DNA from: Bdellovibrionales bacterium
GTDB lineage: Bacteria > Bdellovibrionota > Bdellovibrionia > Bdellovibrionales > UBA1609
Assembly: GCA_027317865.1 (NCBI GenBank)
Contig: DAHVQG010000009.1
Location: forward strand, 73,443-137,442
Direction of reading: 5' to 3'
DNA length: 64,000 nucleotides
Translations under genes and position numbers: made by a program
Part shown: one piece after another, positions 9,154-18,522 of the stretch
Position numbering within the stretch: position 1 is the stretch's first letter
How the letters are laid out: each line of letters begins with the position of its first letter
Notes under the pieces: model-generated
Seen by the model: the letters and a program-made list of their open reading frames with translations, nothing else
Told to the model about the DNA's origin: nothing
Databases searched by the model: none

Positions 9154-10524
9154 ATGGCCAACGGTAAATGGCGTGATATCCTAAAGATGATGAAACGATT
9201 CAATTGGGCAAGCCGCCCCGTTTTACTAGCCTTCTTAATACTAAATATTTTCACTTTATGTGGATTTAAGCCGCTTAAAGTACTAACGCTCAATTTTAAT
9301 TCCGAAATTGTGCCAAGCGATTCGCACAGCCACCTGCGGGATTTACGTTTTCACGCGCTCAGCGACTGGATTCGAAAAAATAATCCCGACATTATTTTAC
9401 TCCAAGAAGCGTGGAATTATCATGATGATCCGTCGGTAGCGGTCACTCTTGCCCGCGAACTGGGTTACACAGTCGCTTATCGCCTCGGCATGGGCGTGAC
9501 GGGGTATCTCGTCGACAGCGACGCGATACTTGCGAAAAAAAGTTTGAAGATGACGAACGAAAAAGACCTCAAATTGCCTCATAGCGCGTTTGAGCTTGGC
9601 GACGGCAAATCATGGGTCATTTGCTTTGGCTCCGTCAGTTGGGCGGTCGGAGTGACCATGACCGGCCCGGACGGTAAGCCGCTTTTTGTTTATAGTACCC
9701 ATCTCATCGGCTCGACACTTCGCGATCGCGCCGATCAAGCTCGCGCAATATATAATGACGTTCGAAAACGAGCTGCGAAAGCTGGCGTAAATTGGCAGAA
9801 CGCACACGTTATTATTGGCGGCGATTTCAATTCTCAGCCATGGGACCCGGCGCCGGGGGTTTTTAAGCACGCCGGTTTTTTAGATAGTTTTGCCTTTGAC
9901 CATCCTGATAATCAGAGCTGCAGCAATTGCGCTAATTACACGCAACCCTATTTTAATCCTACGACACTTGGCGGGGATATGGTTCCGTCGCAAAATAGTT
10001 TAACGAGTGATCCGCGGTTTGATTATATTTTTAGTCGTGGCCAGGATCTTAAACCCCTGGCGAGCACTCTCGTGTTTACTGGTCCTATCGACGGAGCCTG
10101 GATGAGCGATCACTACGGAATTTTTTCGGCATTCGGCCCGGCGAATTCGCCTGCTATCCCTGATCCTGTACACGATACAGTTTTACCTGAACCGGATCCG
10201 CAAGTAATAAATGTAACTGATCGAGATCTCTATTGTAATGATTCTTCTAGTTTTGCCTGTCGCGTACATCTTGCGCCGATCCATCCCGTCATTGGCGCAA
10301 CGGGCGTGGTCATTCACAACAGTTCAGATTTCGTCATTTCGGTTCACTTTTTTGGCAGGGGTGAAATCTTCACATCTCCACATGCTTCTCTAAACCCAAA
10401 CCAATCCGCTGCCTTTACTTTTAAATCACCAGGTAGTTACCGTTACACGGTCGGAGCGGTCACTGTCGACAATAATTACGATGCTCGTGCAATGGGCAAC
10501 CTAACCGTGTCGTCTGGTTATTAA
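9154..10524 (+). CDS. Secreted endonuclease/exonuclease/phosphatase (EEP) family protein with C-terminal beta domain (start probably ~9187)
   Basis: Motifs LKVLTLN, PDIILLQE, STHL, IIGGDFN, RFDYIF, MSDH. Confidence 0.85.
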   Translation: MANGKWRDILKMMKRFNWASRPVLLAFLILNIFTLCGFKPLKVLTLNFNSEIVPSDSHSHLRDLRFHALSDWIRKNNPDIILLQEAWNYHDDPSVAVTLARELGYTVAYRLGMGVTGYLVDSDAILAKKSLKMTNEKDLKLPHSAFELGDGKSWVICFGSVSWAVGVTMTGPDGKPLFVYSTHLIGSTLRDRADQARAIYNDVRKRAAKAGVNWQNAHVIIGGDFNSQPWDPAPGVFKHAGFLDSFAFDHPDNQSCSNCANYTQPYFNPTTLGGDMVPSQNSLTSDPRFDYIFSRGQDLKPLASTLVFTGPIDGAWMSDHYGIFSAFGPANSPAIPDPVHDTVLPEPDPQVINVTDRDLYCNDSSSFACRVHLAPIHPVIGATGVVIHNSSDFVISVHFFGRGEIFTSPHASLNPNQSAAFTFKSPGSYRYTVGAVTVDNNYDARAMGNLTVSSGY

Positions 10525-10611
10525 GTAATATAGAACTATAATTCAGCCGTCCCTTCCTGGCATTTGACATTTAAAAATATTGTATCAATTTAGCAGTTAG
10601 GAGGCGTCACC

Positions 10612-11865
10612 ATGCCAAAAAAAGAAATAGCGCGGATTATGAGCGGGTTTCAAGAATTTCGCGAGAAATATTACACGACGAATGATTCGCTATATCGAAA
10701 GTTCGCAACCGGCTGGCAAGGACCAAAATCGCTGATCATCGGGTGTTGTGACTCACGTGTTGATCCCGCAATTATCGCTTCAGCCGGACCAGGCGACCTA
10801 TTTGTTGTACGAAATGTCGCCAATCTTGTGCCTCCATATGAGCGCGACAGCGGGCATCACGGCGTGAGTGCTGCAATCGAGTATGCTGTTTTAAATTTGA
10901 AAGTGGAACATGTGATTGTACTCGGGCACAGGCAATGCGGGGGCATTCGCGCGTTGGTATTCCCAGAAGAAACTGCGCCGAACGGGTTTGTTCAACAGTG
11001 GGTGAAAATGGCGGAGCCAGCCAAACTGCGCGCACTTAATGCGCAAGGTTCGGGGGACCGCGATCAATTATGCAGGCGGTGTGAACTTGAAAGCATAAAA
11101 ATATCAATTGAAAATTTGCGAACATTTCCGTTTGTTGCCGATGCTGTAAAGGCAGGGAGGCTGTCATTGCTCGGGCTTTATTTTGATATCGAAAAAGGAG
11201 AACTGCTGGAACTCAACGAACCGAGCGGCGAGTTTTCGATCATGAAGCCCGACTCGTCGAGAACAAACGCCGACTGGGATGAGCGTTACAGTCAGAGCGG
11301 TTTCTTTTTTGGTACGGAACCCAATGACTTTCTCGTGGAGAACGCCGGCCTGTTTAAAAAAAATATGCGTGTTCTCTGTTTGGCCGATGGTGAGGGTCGC
11401 AATTCAGTTTTCATTGCAAAGCAGGGTTGCCAGGTCACGGCCGTCGATTTTTCTTCGGTTGCGATTGAAAAGATGAAAGCTTTTGCCAAGAAGAACGGTG
11501 TTCAAGTTGAGGGTATTTGCGCCGATTTGAATGATTTTGATCTCGGCACGAAAAAATGGGACGCCGTCGTTTCAATTTGGTGCCATTTGCCGAGCGTAAT
11601 TCGTAAAAAACTCCATCAAAGAGTCGTTCAATCGCTCAAACCTTCGGGAATTTATTTGCTAGAATCGTACACCCCCAATCAAATCGGAAAGGCAACAGGC
11701 GGGCCAAAAGATCCGGACATGCTGCTGGATGAAGCAAAGGTTAAAGAAGAACTTGCGCCGTTAAAAACGGTAAAGCTTATCGAAACCGAGCGAGAAGTAC
11801 ATGAGGGCGCACGGCACAATGGGCTTAGCTCTGTGATTCAGCTCGTGGCGCAAAAGCTTATCTAA
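10612..11865 (+). CDS. Beta-carbonic anhydrase fused to a class I SAM-dependent methyltransferase
   Basis: N-half has GCCDSRV, RNVAN, LGHRQCGG. C-half has WDERY, FGTEPNDFL, LCLADGEGRN, VTAVDFS, LKPSG, TGGP. One continuous frame. Confidence 0.85.
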   Translation: MPKKEIARIMSGFQEFREKYYTTNDSLYRKFATGWQGPKSLIIGCCDSRVDPAIIASAGPGDLFVVRNVANLVPPYERDSGHHGVSAAIEYAVLNLKVEHVIVLGHRQCGGIRALVFPEETAPNGFVQQWVKMAEPAKLRALNAQGSGDRDQLCRRCELESIKISIENLRTFPFVADAVKAGRLSLLGLYFDIEKGELLELNEPSGEFSIMKPDSSRTNADWDERYSQSGFFFGTEPNDFLVENAGLFKKNMRVLCLADGEGRNSVFIAKQGCQVTAVDFSSVAIEKMKAFAKKNGVQVEGICADLNDFDLGTKKWDAVVSIWCHLPSVIRKKLHQRVVQSLKPSGIYLLESYTPNQIGKATGGPKDPDMLLDEAKVKEELAPLKTVKLIETEREVHEGARHNGLSSVIQLVAQKLI

Positions 11866-12358
11866 GCACTTTCATTAGCATGGCAACCCGAATGGTGCCA
11901 CCTTTGGTATCTTGTTGGCCCACTTCGTGAAATCCAATTTTTTGATGAAAATGATACGATTGCGGATTCGGTGGAGAGACGTTGACCTCACACATTAAAT
12001 TTCGAACTCGTTCGATGAAATTCCTTTCGACATTTTCGTAAAGCGATTTGCCAATTCCGCGACCGTGAGACTTTTCGGCTATTGCAATTCTGTCAATGTA
12101 AAGAAAATCAGTATAGCGTTTTTTAAACCATAAGAAATTTTCGCTCCCGTAGTCGCAGTCGGGGAGCATCCCTACTATAAATCCGAGCACTTCGTTGCCG
12201 TCGACAAAAACATCAAAGACGTCGGCTACATCGCAATATTTTTCAAGCCATTTTATATCAACCCGACTCACCTTCGGGACGAAGGTTTCGTTGAGCAAAA
12301 GGATCTTATCTAGGTCATTTTTTTGCGCGGGCCGAATCATGACTCTGTTATTGTACAT
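11858..12358 (-). CDS. GNAT family acetyltransferase
   Basis: LYIDRIAI, HGRGIGKSLY, CEVN...FH.K.GF.EVG. Confidence 0.85.
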   Translation of the reverse strand: MYNNRVMIRPAQKNDLDKILLLNETFVPKVSRVDIKWLEKYCDVADVFDVFVDGNEVLGFIVGMLPDCDYGSENFLWFKKRYTDFLYIDRIAIAEKSHGRGIGKSLYENVERNFIERVRNLMCEVNVSPPNPQSYHFHQKIGFHEVGQQDTKGGTIRVAMLMKVLR

Positions 12359-12665
12359 TAGACATCATTGATTTCAAGTTGTGTTCGGGTCGCGGTAGTC
12401 GTTACAAGCGAGACCGTCAAACATCGATTTTGCTGTGTCGAATCCTAAGAAACTTAAGCTCGCAAATCGCGTGTACTTGTAACAATTCGCCAGTTTTATG
12501 ACCTTACAAAACGCCGCAATTACAATTCCTTTTAGATTCTATAACCGCAATCGGCGAAAGCGTTCAACAATACAGCATTTTGAATATTATTCGTATTTGC
12601 AAAACAACCTAAATGTGAGACCACTAAGCTCAAGCCACAAAAATGGATAAGGTGGGGGATACCAA

Positions 12666-13442
12666 ATGAATAAAGAAAATTTGAGTTGCATCACTATTTT
12701 GACCGTTTGGTTGACCGTTGTAGGTTTTTTCGTTTGCGGATCAACGCTATTTGCTCAAGACGCCACATGGACAGAAATTCAAGGGCCGGACACAACCTTG
12801 GCGACTGACGTAGAGGCCGGCTTCCCAAATGGTTGCGGGATCGTATCAATGCTCTATGCCATGAAGTTTGGCCCGCCTTCATGGCGCGCAGATTACAATT
12901 CGATTGCCGGCAAAACTGACCTTGCAAAAATTCAAACTCTCGCCAAGCAATTTGGTAGTGAACCTTCGAAATACGAACGGGCTGTGTACAATAGAAATAT
13001 GCCGGCGTTTACAGCGTCAAAAGGCACGAACGTCGGTGATTTACCGTGGATGTTTCAGTCTTTGGTTCATGGTCCCCTTCCGCTCAATCAGGTTTTTCTA
13101 GCAAAACTCGATCCGAACGGTAACACCGGTCGACTTCTCGCTGAAAAATTCCATAGTGAAGTAGTTGCAAGTCTTAAGCGCGGCGAACCTGTCATTATGA
13201 CTGCGTTTATCCAGTTTACCGTCCACGAGATTGTAATCATTGGCATTCAAAATGCTGTTGATCAACAGGGGACTTTCAAAGTGGAGGTTCTTGATCCTGC
13301 TACAGGAGAAGAATCAACGGGAACAGTCAGTAGCGGTTTTTCGTTTATTACTGGCCACCCCGGAACAGGATTGAATTTCAGCTATGATTCGGTATGGGTT
13401 CCATCGGGCCAAATATTTGGCATCACGGTCGAACCGAAATAG
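12666..13442 (+). CDS. Secreted papain-like (C39-like) cysteine peptidase
   Basis: Signal peptide; NGCGIVS (Cys), RGEPVI, HEIVIIG (His), VLDP (Asp). Confidence 0.6.
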   Translation: MNKENLSCITILTVWLTVVGFFVCGSTLFAQDATWTEIQGPDTTLATDVEAGFPNGCGIVSMLYAMKFGPPSWRADYNSIAGKTDLAKIQTLAKQFGSEPSKYERAVYNRNMPAFTASKGTNVGDLPWMFQSLVHGPLPLNQVFLAKLDPNGNTGRLLAEKFHSEVVASLKRGEPVIMTAFIQFTVHEIVIIGIQNAVDQQGTFKVEVLDPATGEESTGTVSSGFSFITGHPGTGLNFSYDSVWVPSGQIFGITVEPK

Positions 13443-13465
13443 CTTAAAACCGTAGGGGTTGAGGA

Positions 13466-14623
13466 ATGGGTAGGCGACAATATACTATTACAAATTTAAT
13501 TTTATTTATCGGTAGCCTATTCGCGCTCTCTTTCACGGTTCAAGCTAAAGCGCAAAACATGAACCAAATCCCGGTTTACATGGATAAAGTCAAAACAAAC
13601 TCGCCGATGGTTTCAATCACGATATGTGAACCCGGTACGAATCACTGCCAAACAATTAATCGGATATCACTCGACACTGGCAGCATTGGTCTTCGGCTGA
13701 ACGCATCTGTGCTAAAATTGAAATTGCCTTACGTCACGAACCAGCAAGGTGGTCACGTTGACGAGTGCGTGGATTTCGGGGGCGGAAGTACCTATGCCGG
13801 GCCAATTCAGTATGCCGACGTTCGCGTTGGTGGCCTTGTCGCCAAGAAATTAAGAATTCAGTTTTACAATGACAAAGTCGACCTTGGAGGTCAGGGCGGT
13901 TATGGGGGTTGCGAATCAACCGCCACAAGTAATGGTATTTTAGGTATTGGCCCGCTTGATAAGTATGAATGTCCATCATCTGTTGGTAGTTGTCCGACTT
14001 ATTTCTTGTGTAAAGAGGGATCTCTGGAGTGCTCGCCGCTTTCACAATTGCCCCCGCATGTCGCGCTAGATAATCCGATTTATAACCTTGAATCGAATAA
14101 CAACGGATTTATGTTGAGTTTTCCCAAGCTGAATCAGCCCATCAATGGACCGATTACCGGTAAATTAACATTTGGTGTTGGGTTTCAACAGGACAACTCG
14201 ATTCCAAAGAAAGATCAAATTTTCGGCTTGAATAAGGGCGGCTTTTTACCCGTCGTATTTCCCAACCAATTACATTCAACGTTGTTGTTTGATACGGGTG
14301 TAATGGACTATTTCTTCCCCGCCAATCCGGGCAATGTTACACCTTGTGACAATAATTCGCCGCTTTTGTATCTGTTGTGTCCAACTAAACCAGTGAACGT
14401 TTCACTGCAAATCGGCGCCACCTCGCCATACCGTTCTATAAGTATGGTCCTCGGTAACCCGCATCCAAGGTTAACTCTCAATCCTTATTTAGCTGTTGTG
14501 GTCAGGAGATATAACGCCACTCTTCTCGGCATGCCTTATTTCTACGGTCACCAAATTTACTTTGGCTTGCCTGACGTGAGCGGCAAAAAATATCCCAACG
14601 GATTTGTCGCCATCCATATGTGA
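13466..14623 (+). CDS. DUF3443-like secreted protein (pepsin-like twin DTG motifs)
   Basis: VSITICEPGTNHCQTI..ISLDTGSIGLR, NGILGIG, LLFDTG, LGMPYFYG. Confidence 0.7.
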   Translation: MGRRQYTITNLILFIGSLFALSFTVQAKAQNMNQIPVYMDKVKTNSPMVSITICEPGTNHCQTINRISLDTGSIGLRLNASVLKLKLPYVTNQQGGHVDECVDFGGGSTYAGPIQYADVRVGGLVAKKLRIQFYNDKVDLGGQGGYGGCESTATSNGILGIGPLDKYECPSSVGSCPTYFLCKEGSLECSPLSQLPPHVALDNPIYNLESNNNGFMLSFPKLNQPINGPITGKLTFGVGFQQDNSIPKKDQIFGLNKGGFLPVVFPNQLHSTLLFDTGVMDYFFPANPGNVTPCDNNSPLLYLLCPTKPVNVSLQIGATSPYRSISMVLGNPHPRLTLNPYLAVVVRRYNATLLGMPYFYGHQIYFGLPDVSGKKYPNGFVAIHM

Positions 14624-14644
14624 CATTGGATACCAACGCGAGTC

Positions 14645-15640
14645 TTACAAGCTCTGCAAATAGTTGGCGACGTCTTTCACTTGCGATCCGGTTAGGTTTT
14701 TACTGAACGTCGGCATAACCGTTGCTTCAGCTCTTTGACCGTTGTCAAATGCGGCAAACTGATTCGCGATGTAACCCGCATTTTGGCCCGCTAGTCGTGG
14801 AGCGAATGAGTTGCCCATTGCATTATTGCCGTGGCACGATTCGCACGCCGGTACACCCGCGCTAGGCAAACCATTTTGAAATATAGATTTGCCACGCTTT
14901 ATACTTGCGGCGTCGGTCGGTGTAACATTTGCTATAGCCGGTTGCTGACTGAAATATTGAGCGAGCAACTGAATTTGTTGATCGCTGAGCGGTTTGGCGA
15001 TGCTCCACATAAAGGTTTGTGCATTAGGGTCTGAACGTTGGTGATCGCGAAAAGCACCCAGCTCCTTAATCAAATAGCTTTTATGTTGGCCGGCAAGACG
15101 CGGAAAAATCGGCGAAGTAGGATTGCCGTTATTGCTGTGACAACTGAAACATTCGGTATTCAACAAAGTGCCGATCGAACTATATTCTGGCGGCAACGGC
15201 TTTTGCCCTGGCGCAGGAGCAGGCGTTGGAGTCGGAGTTGGCGTTGGCGAAGGATTTGGCATTGGTGACGGCGCCGCTGACGGGTTACCTTCCGGTGCGC
15301 CGTTTTGAATCCAATCTCCGATTAATGCGCGTTCAGCGGGTGTTATCGCGATCGACTCCGGGCTCCCTTGAAGCGGCATAGTATGATTCACAACGACCTT
15401 TCGATAAATTAACGCTCGCAATGAAAAGGCGGTCTGGTAGTCTTGCCAATTCGGTATAGCCGCGCCCGGATGGTGACAGGCTCCGCAGCGACGAATGAAT
15501 ATGCTTTTAATATTCCCGTAATATGTCAGGTGCGCGGCAGACATACCACCGGCTCCTTTAGCAAGAACCAAATGTGGACCTTTGCCACAACCAACGAAAA
15601 ATAGTGACAATAGCAGCACGAAACCTTCTATTTTTTTCAT
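14645..15640 (-). CDS. Lipoprotein c-type cytochrome with three heme motifs (monoheme + Pro/Thr linker + c4-like diheme)
   Basis: Lipobox FVGC; CGACH, CFSCH, CESCH; two PRLAGQ motifs typical of cytochrome c4. Confidence 0.85.
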   Translation of the reverse strand: MKKIEGFVLLLSLFFVGCGKGPHLVLAKGAGGMSAAHLTYYGNIKSIFIRRCGACHHPGAAIPNWQDYQTAFSLRALIYRKVVVNHTMPLQGSPESIAITPAERALIGDWIQNGAPEGNPSAAPSPMPNPSPTPTPTPTPAPAPGQKPLPPEYSSIGTLLNTECFSCHSNNGNPTSPIFPRLAGQHKSYLIKELGAFRDHQRSDPNAQTFMWSIAKPLSDQQIQLLAQYFSQQPAIANVTPTDAASIKRGKSIFQNGLPSAGVPACESCHGNNAMGNSFAPRLAGQNAGYIANQFAAFDNGQRAEATVMPTFSKNLTGSQVKDVANYLQSL

Positions 15641-15847
15641 ATCACCCTCGACCCGGTAAAACGCGTTTTTAAGCCTCGATCTAGCAATGGGTATGCCAGG
15701 AGTTACCGTGCCTCATCGCGTACTAAAACGGCTCGCGGATCGATGTCCTCAGAAGATTGGGACAATTTGCCGGGCACCCAAGCCAATACGTCATTCCATT
15801 AACCTTACCGCAATCCGCATGGGTCAAAATCGGCGGGGGTTCGAGGG

Positions 15848-16612
15848 GTGTCGCGTTTTATCTACGTATTTTCACTATTCAGTCTTTTCTTACTCGGTTG
15901 CGGGCGCAAATTTAATTCAGGTGTTCAAAGCCCAACAGCGAGTCAAAGCCAAGCGCCGGCTTTCCCAACTTATCCGGCACGCCCGTCGAGTGCACCAAAT
16001 ATTACGGTGTGTCCGCAAAACGGCGTCACAAGCGGCGTCGATGTATCGGAATATGATCCTGGCACACAGTGGACCGTATTTCGTAATAGCGGTTCGCGTT
16101 TTGCTTTTATTAAAGCCACTGAAGGTACAGATATAAAAAATCAGATTTTTAATTCTGAATGGACGGCGGCACTCAGCGCAGGCGTAATTCGCGGCGCCTA
16201 TCATTTTTTTCACCCTGGCGAGGACCCTGTCGCGCAAGCGCAGTTTTTCCTAGCGACTGTCGGCACTTTAACAGCGTCAGATCTGCCACCCGTTCTTGAT
16301 TGGGAAGTCACGGATGGGGTAAGTACCGCTGAGCAAATAAAAAACGCGCTGACTTGGTTACAGCTCGTACAGGCGCAAACGGGCCGTACGCCGGCTGTAT
16401 ATGTGAATCCGTCATTTTGGAATCAGCTCGGTAATCCACAACAATTTGCGAAGTATCCGCTCTACATCGCCAACTATAACACCACATGCCCGACAGTTCC
16501 GCCGCCGTGGAGCACGTGGACGTTTTGGCAAAGCGGAATCGGCGCGGTACCTGGGTTGCAATCGCCTTATGCCGATATTGACGTATTTAACGGACCCGCA
16601 AGCGCACTTTAA
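15848..16612 (+). CDS. GH25 muramidase (lysozyme) lipoprotein
   Basis: Lipobox LLGC; GVDVS, FIKATEG, RGAYHFF, PPVLDWE, WTFWQ. Confidence 0.9.
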   Translation: MSRFIYVFSLFSLFLLGCGRKFNSGVQSPTASQSQAPAFPTYPARPSSAPNITVCPQNGVTSGVDVSEYDPGTQWTVFRNSGSRFAFIKATEGTDIKNQIFNSEWTAALSAGVIRGAYHFFHPGEDPVAQAQFFLATVGTLTASDLPPVLDWEVTDGVSTAEQIKNALTWLQLVQAQTGRTPAVYVNPSFWNQLGNPQQFAKYPLYIANYNTTCPTVPPPWSTWTFWQSGIGAVPGLQSPYADIDVFNGPASAL

Positions 16613-16636
16613 AGCACTCGGTGACCAATTCAAAGT

Positions 16637-17485
16637 TTAAATTCGCTCCGGATTGGACCAATGAAAAAGTAAAACCAATAGGGTTGCCACGTAGGGGATG
16701 GCCTGAAAAAACTGAATTGGAAACGGGCTATTAAACCCTTGCAGAAAAATTTGGGCCGCATCGAAAAAGCCGAATAGAACGGCAATAAGGAGCGTCTCCG
16801 TCCAGCGCCAACGGGCAAAAATAAGCGCCGCAAGCGCGATGAATCCACGACCGGCACTCATCATTGGCGAATAATTCGATGCCAAATACGTACTTAAAAA
16901 ACATCCGCCGCTTGCAGCAATCGCGCCGCAAAGCGCGAGACAGACGAGCCGAACTCGCGAAAGTGAATAACCTGAAGATGCGATCGCCGCCGGTTTTTCA
17001 CCCGCAAATCGAACAAGCACGCCAAAACCGGTTTTGTTGAACACGAATAGGCCGCCAAAAAAAATAATTCCCAACCATAAAAACGGAAATATATGCCACT
17101 GTAACTGAGGCGGTAAAAACGGCGTCGGCCCGGTTGACCCGAATAAAAGCTTAGTCACATAGGGCGCCACGCCGGCGACGAGAAGATTAAAAACGAGCCC
17201 CACAAGAATCGCGTTCAGCTCGAGAGTTTCAGAAAGCAAGAAAAAAAACATGCCCGAAAAAGCTCCGACGACTAGTGTTAAAATAAATGCAGGAGCTAAC
17301 GCGTGGAATAAGTCGGCAAATGTCGCGCCGGTTAAAGCACCCAACAATAAAAAACCTTCAAGACCAACCTGTGGAACACCGCTTTTTTCGCTCCAAAAAC
17401 CCGCCAATGCCGCAAGCGCAAGCGGCAACGAAATTCTCGCGACACTCATAATAAAATCGACAAGCAAATGCGAATTGCCGAACAT
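16637..17485 (-). CDS. Nucleoside/simple-sugar ABC transporter permease
   Basis: SEKSGV..VGLEG, GE.P.A, GRGFIALAALIF, PYVATL. Confidence 0.88.
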   Translation of the reverse strand: MFGNSHLLVDFIMSVARISLPLALAALAGFWSEKSGVPQVGLEGFLLLGALTGATFADLFHALAPAFILTLVVGAFSGMFFFLLSETLELNAILVGLVFNLLVAGVAPYVTKLLFGSTGPTPFLPPQLQWHIFPFLWLGIIFFGGLFVFNKTGFGVLVRFAGEKPAAIASSGYSLSRVRLVCLALCGAIAASGGCFLSTYLASNYSPMMSAGRGFIALAALIFARWRWTETLLIAVLFGFFDAAQIFLQGFNSPFPIQFFQAIPYVATLLVLLFHWSNPERI

Positions 17486-18522
17486 TACTGACCCCTCGCG
17501 TTTGCCGCAGCTCGAATTTTTTCTCGCTGCTTCTGTAAAACTAAAAACGTCAGAATCAAAACCGCTTGAATAATTTTAACGAAATCGCGGGTAATAAAAT
17601 TTGTTTCAATATCAAGGCCTGGCGCACCATTGAGCAAAATGGCAAAAAACAAAGAATTCGGAATCACGGCAAGTGGATTGTTGCGTGCCATGAGTGCAAC
17701 GGCGATAGCAAGAAAACCGTAATCGGCAGAAAATCCTATTTGATATTTGTGGGCGTAGCCCAAAATTTGATTCCACGCTCCAAACCCGGCCAAAAGCGCC
17801 GAGAGCCCGAGAACAAGAAAATATATTTTGTTAATTGAAATTCCGGAATTTCGCGCAACGCCGACGCTTTTACCGACGGTCCGAATTTCAAAACCGGGAC
17901 GCGTCTTCATCATGAAATACCATGTGCCGATGCAAACCAATACCGCGATAAAAAATGTCGTATTGGCAGGGGAGCTGCCAGAGTGGAAAATCGGGCCAAA
18001 CAACCAATATTTTGCTGCTATTTTCGCTGTCTCAGGATTTTGCGAAACTTGGCTTTGAAAATGGTGCGAGATCATGTAGTCGGCAAACGCCGCGACAATG
18101 AAATTGAGCATCATGCTCGTAATCACTTCGTGGGCATTTTTTCGGCATTTGAAATAGCCGACGATAAGACCCAACAAAAGACTCGAACCAAGGCCGACGA
18201 AAAGCACAATCACAACACTGAAAAAAGACGGCGGCAGCATCAATGCAACGATTGTAGTCATCAGACACGCAAGCGACAATTGCCCTTCTGCGCCGATCGG
18301 GAATAACCCGGCTTCAAACGCCAAACAAAGACCCGCGGCGCAAAACATCAAGTGAGTCGCGTAAAATAAAGTCACCGAAAGGTCGTAACGATCGCCGAGT
18401 GATGTATTCAGTAAAATCTCAATAACACGTAAAGGCGTTTCGTGCCCCACAAGACATAGTATGGCGATCACGCCAAGGCCGACCGCAATTGATAAACCAT
18501 ATCGTATGATTGCGGATTTCAT
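17485..18522 (-). CDS. Nucleoside/simple-sugar ABC transporter permease
   Basis: GLFPIGAEGQ, HEVITSMMLNFI, GFLAIAVALMARNNP; start at ATG 18522 overlaps the ATPase stop. Confidence 0.88.
   Translation of the reverse strand: MKSAIIRYGLSIAVGLGVIAILCLVGHETPLRVIEILLNTSLGDRYDLSVTLFYATHLMFCAAGLCLAFEAGLFPIGAEGQLSLACLMTTIVALMLPPSFFSVVIVLFVGLGSSLLLGLIVGYFKCRKNAHEVITSMMLNFIVAAFADYMISHHFQSQVSQNPETAKIAAKYWLFGPIFHSGSSPANTTFFIAVLVCIGTWYFMMKTRPGFEIRTVGKSVGVARNSGISINKIYFLVLGLSALLAGFGAWNQILGYAHKYQIGFSADYGFLAIAVALMARNNPLAVIPNSLFFAILLNGAPGLDIETNFITRDFVKIIQAVLILTFLVLQKQREKIRAAANARGQ

Noticed and set aside
15205-15275. Short tandem nucleotide repeats
   Set aside because: They encode the Pro/Thr linker of the cytochrome; not a CRISPR or VNTR locus.
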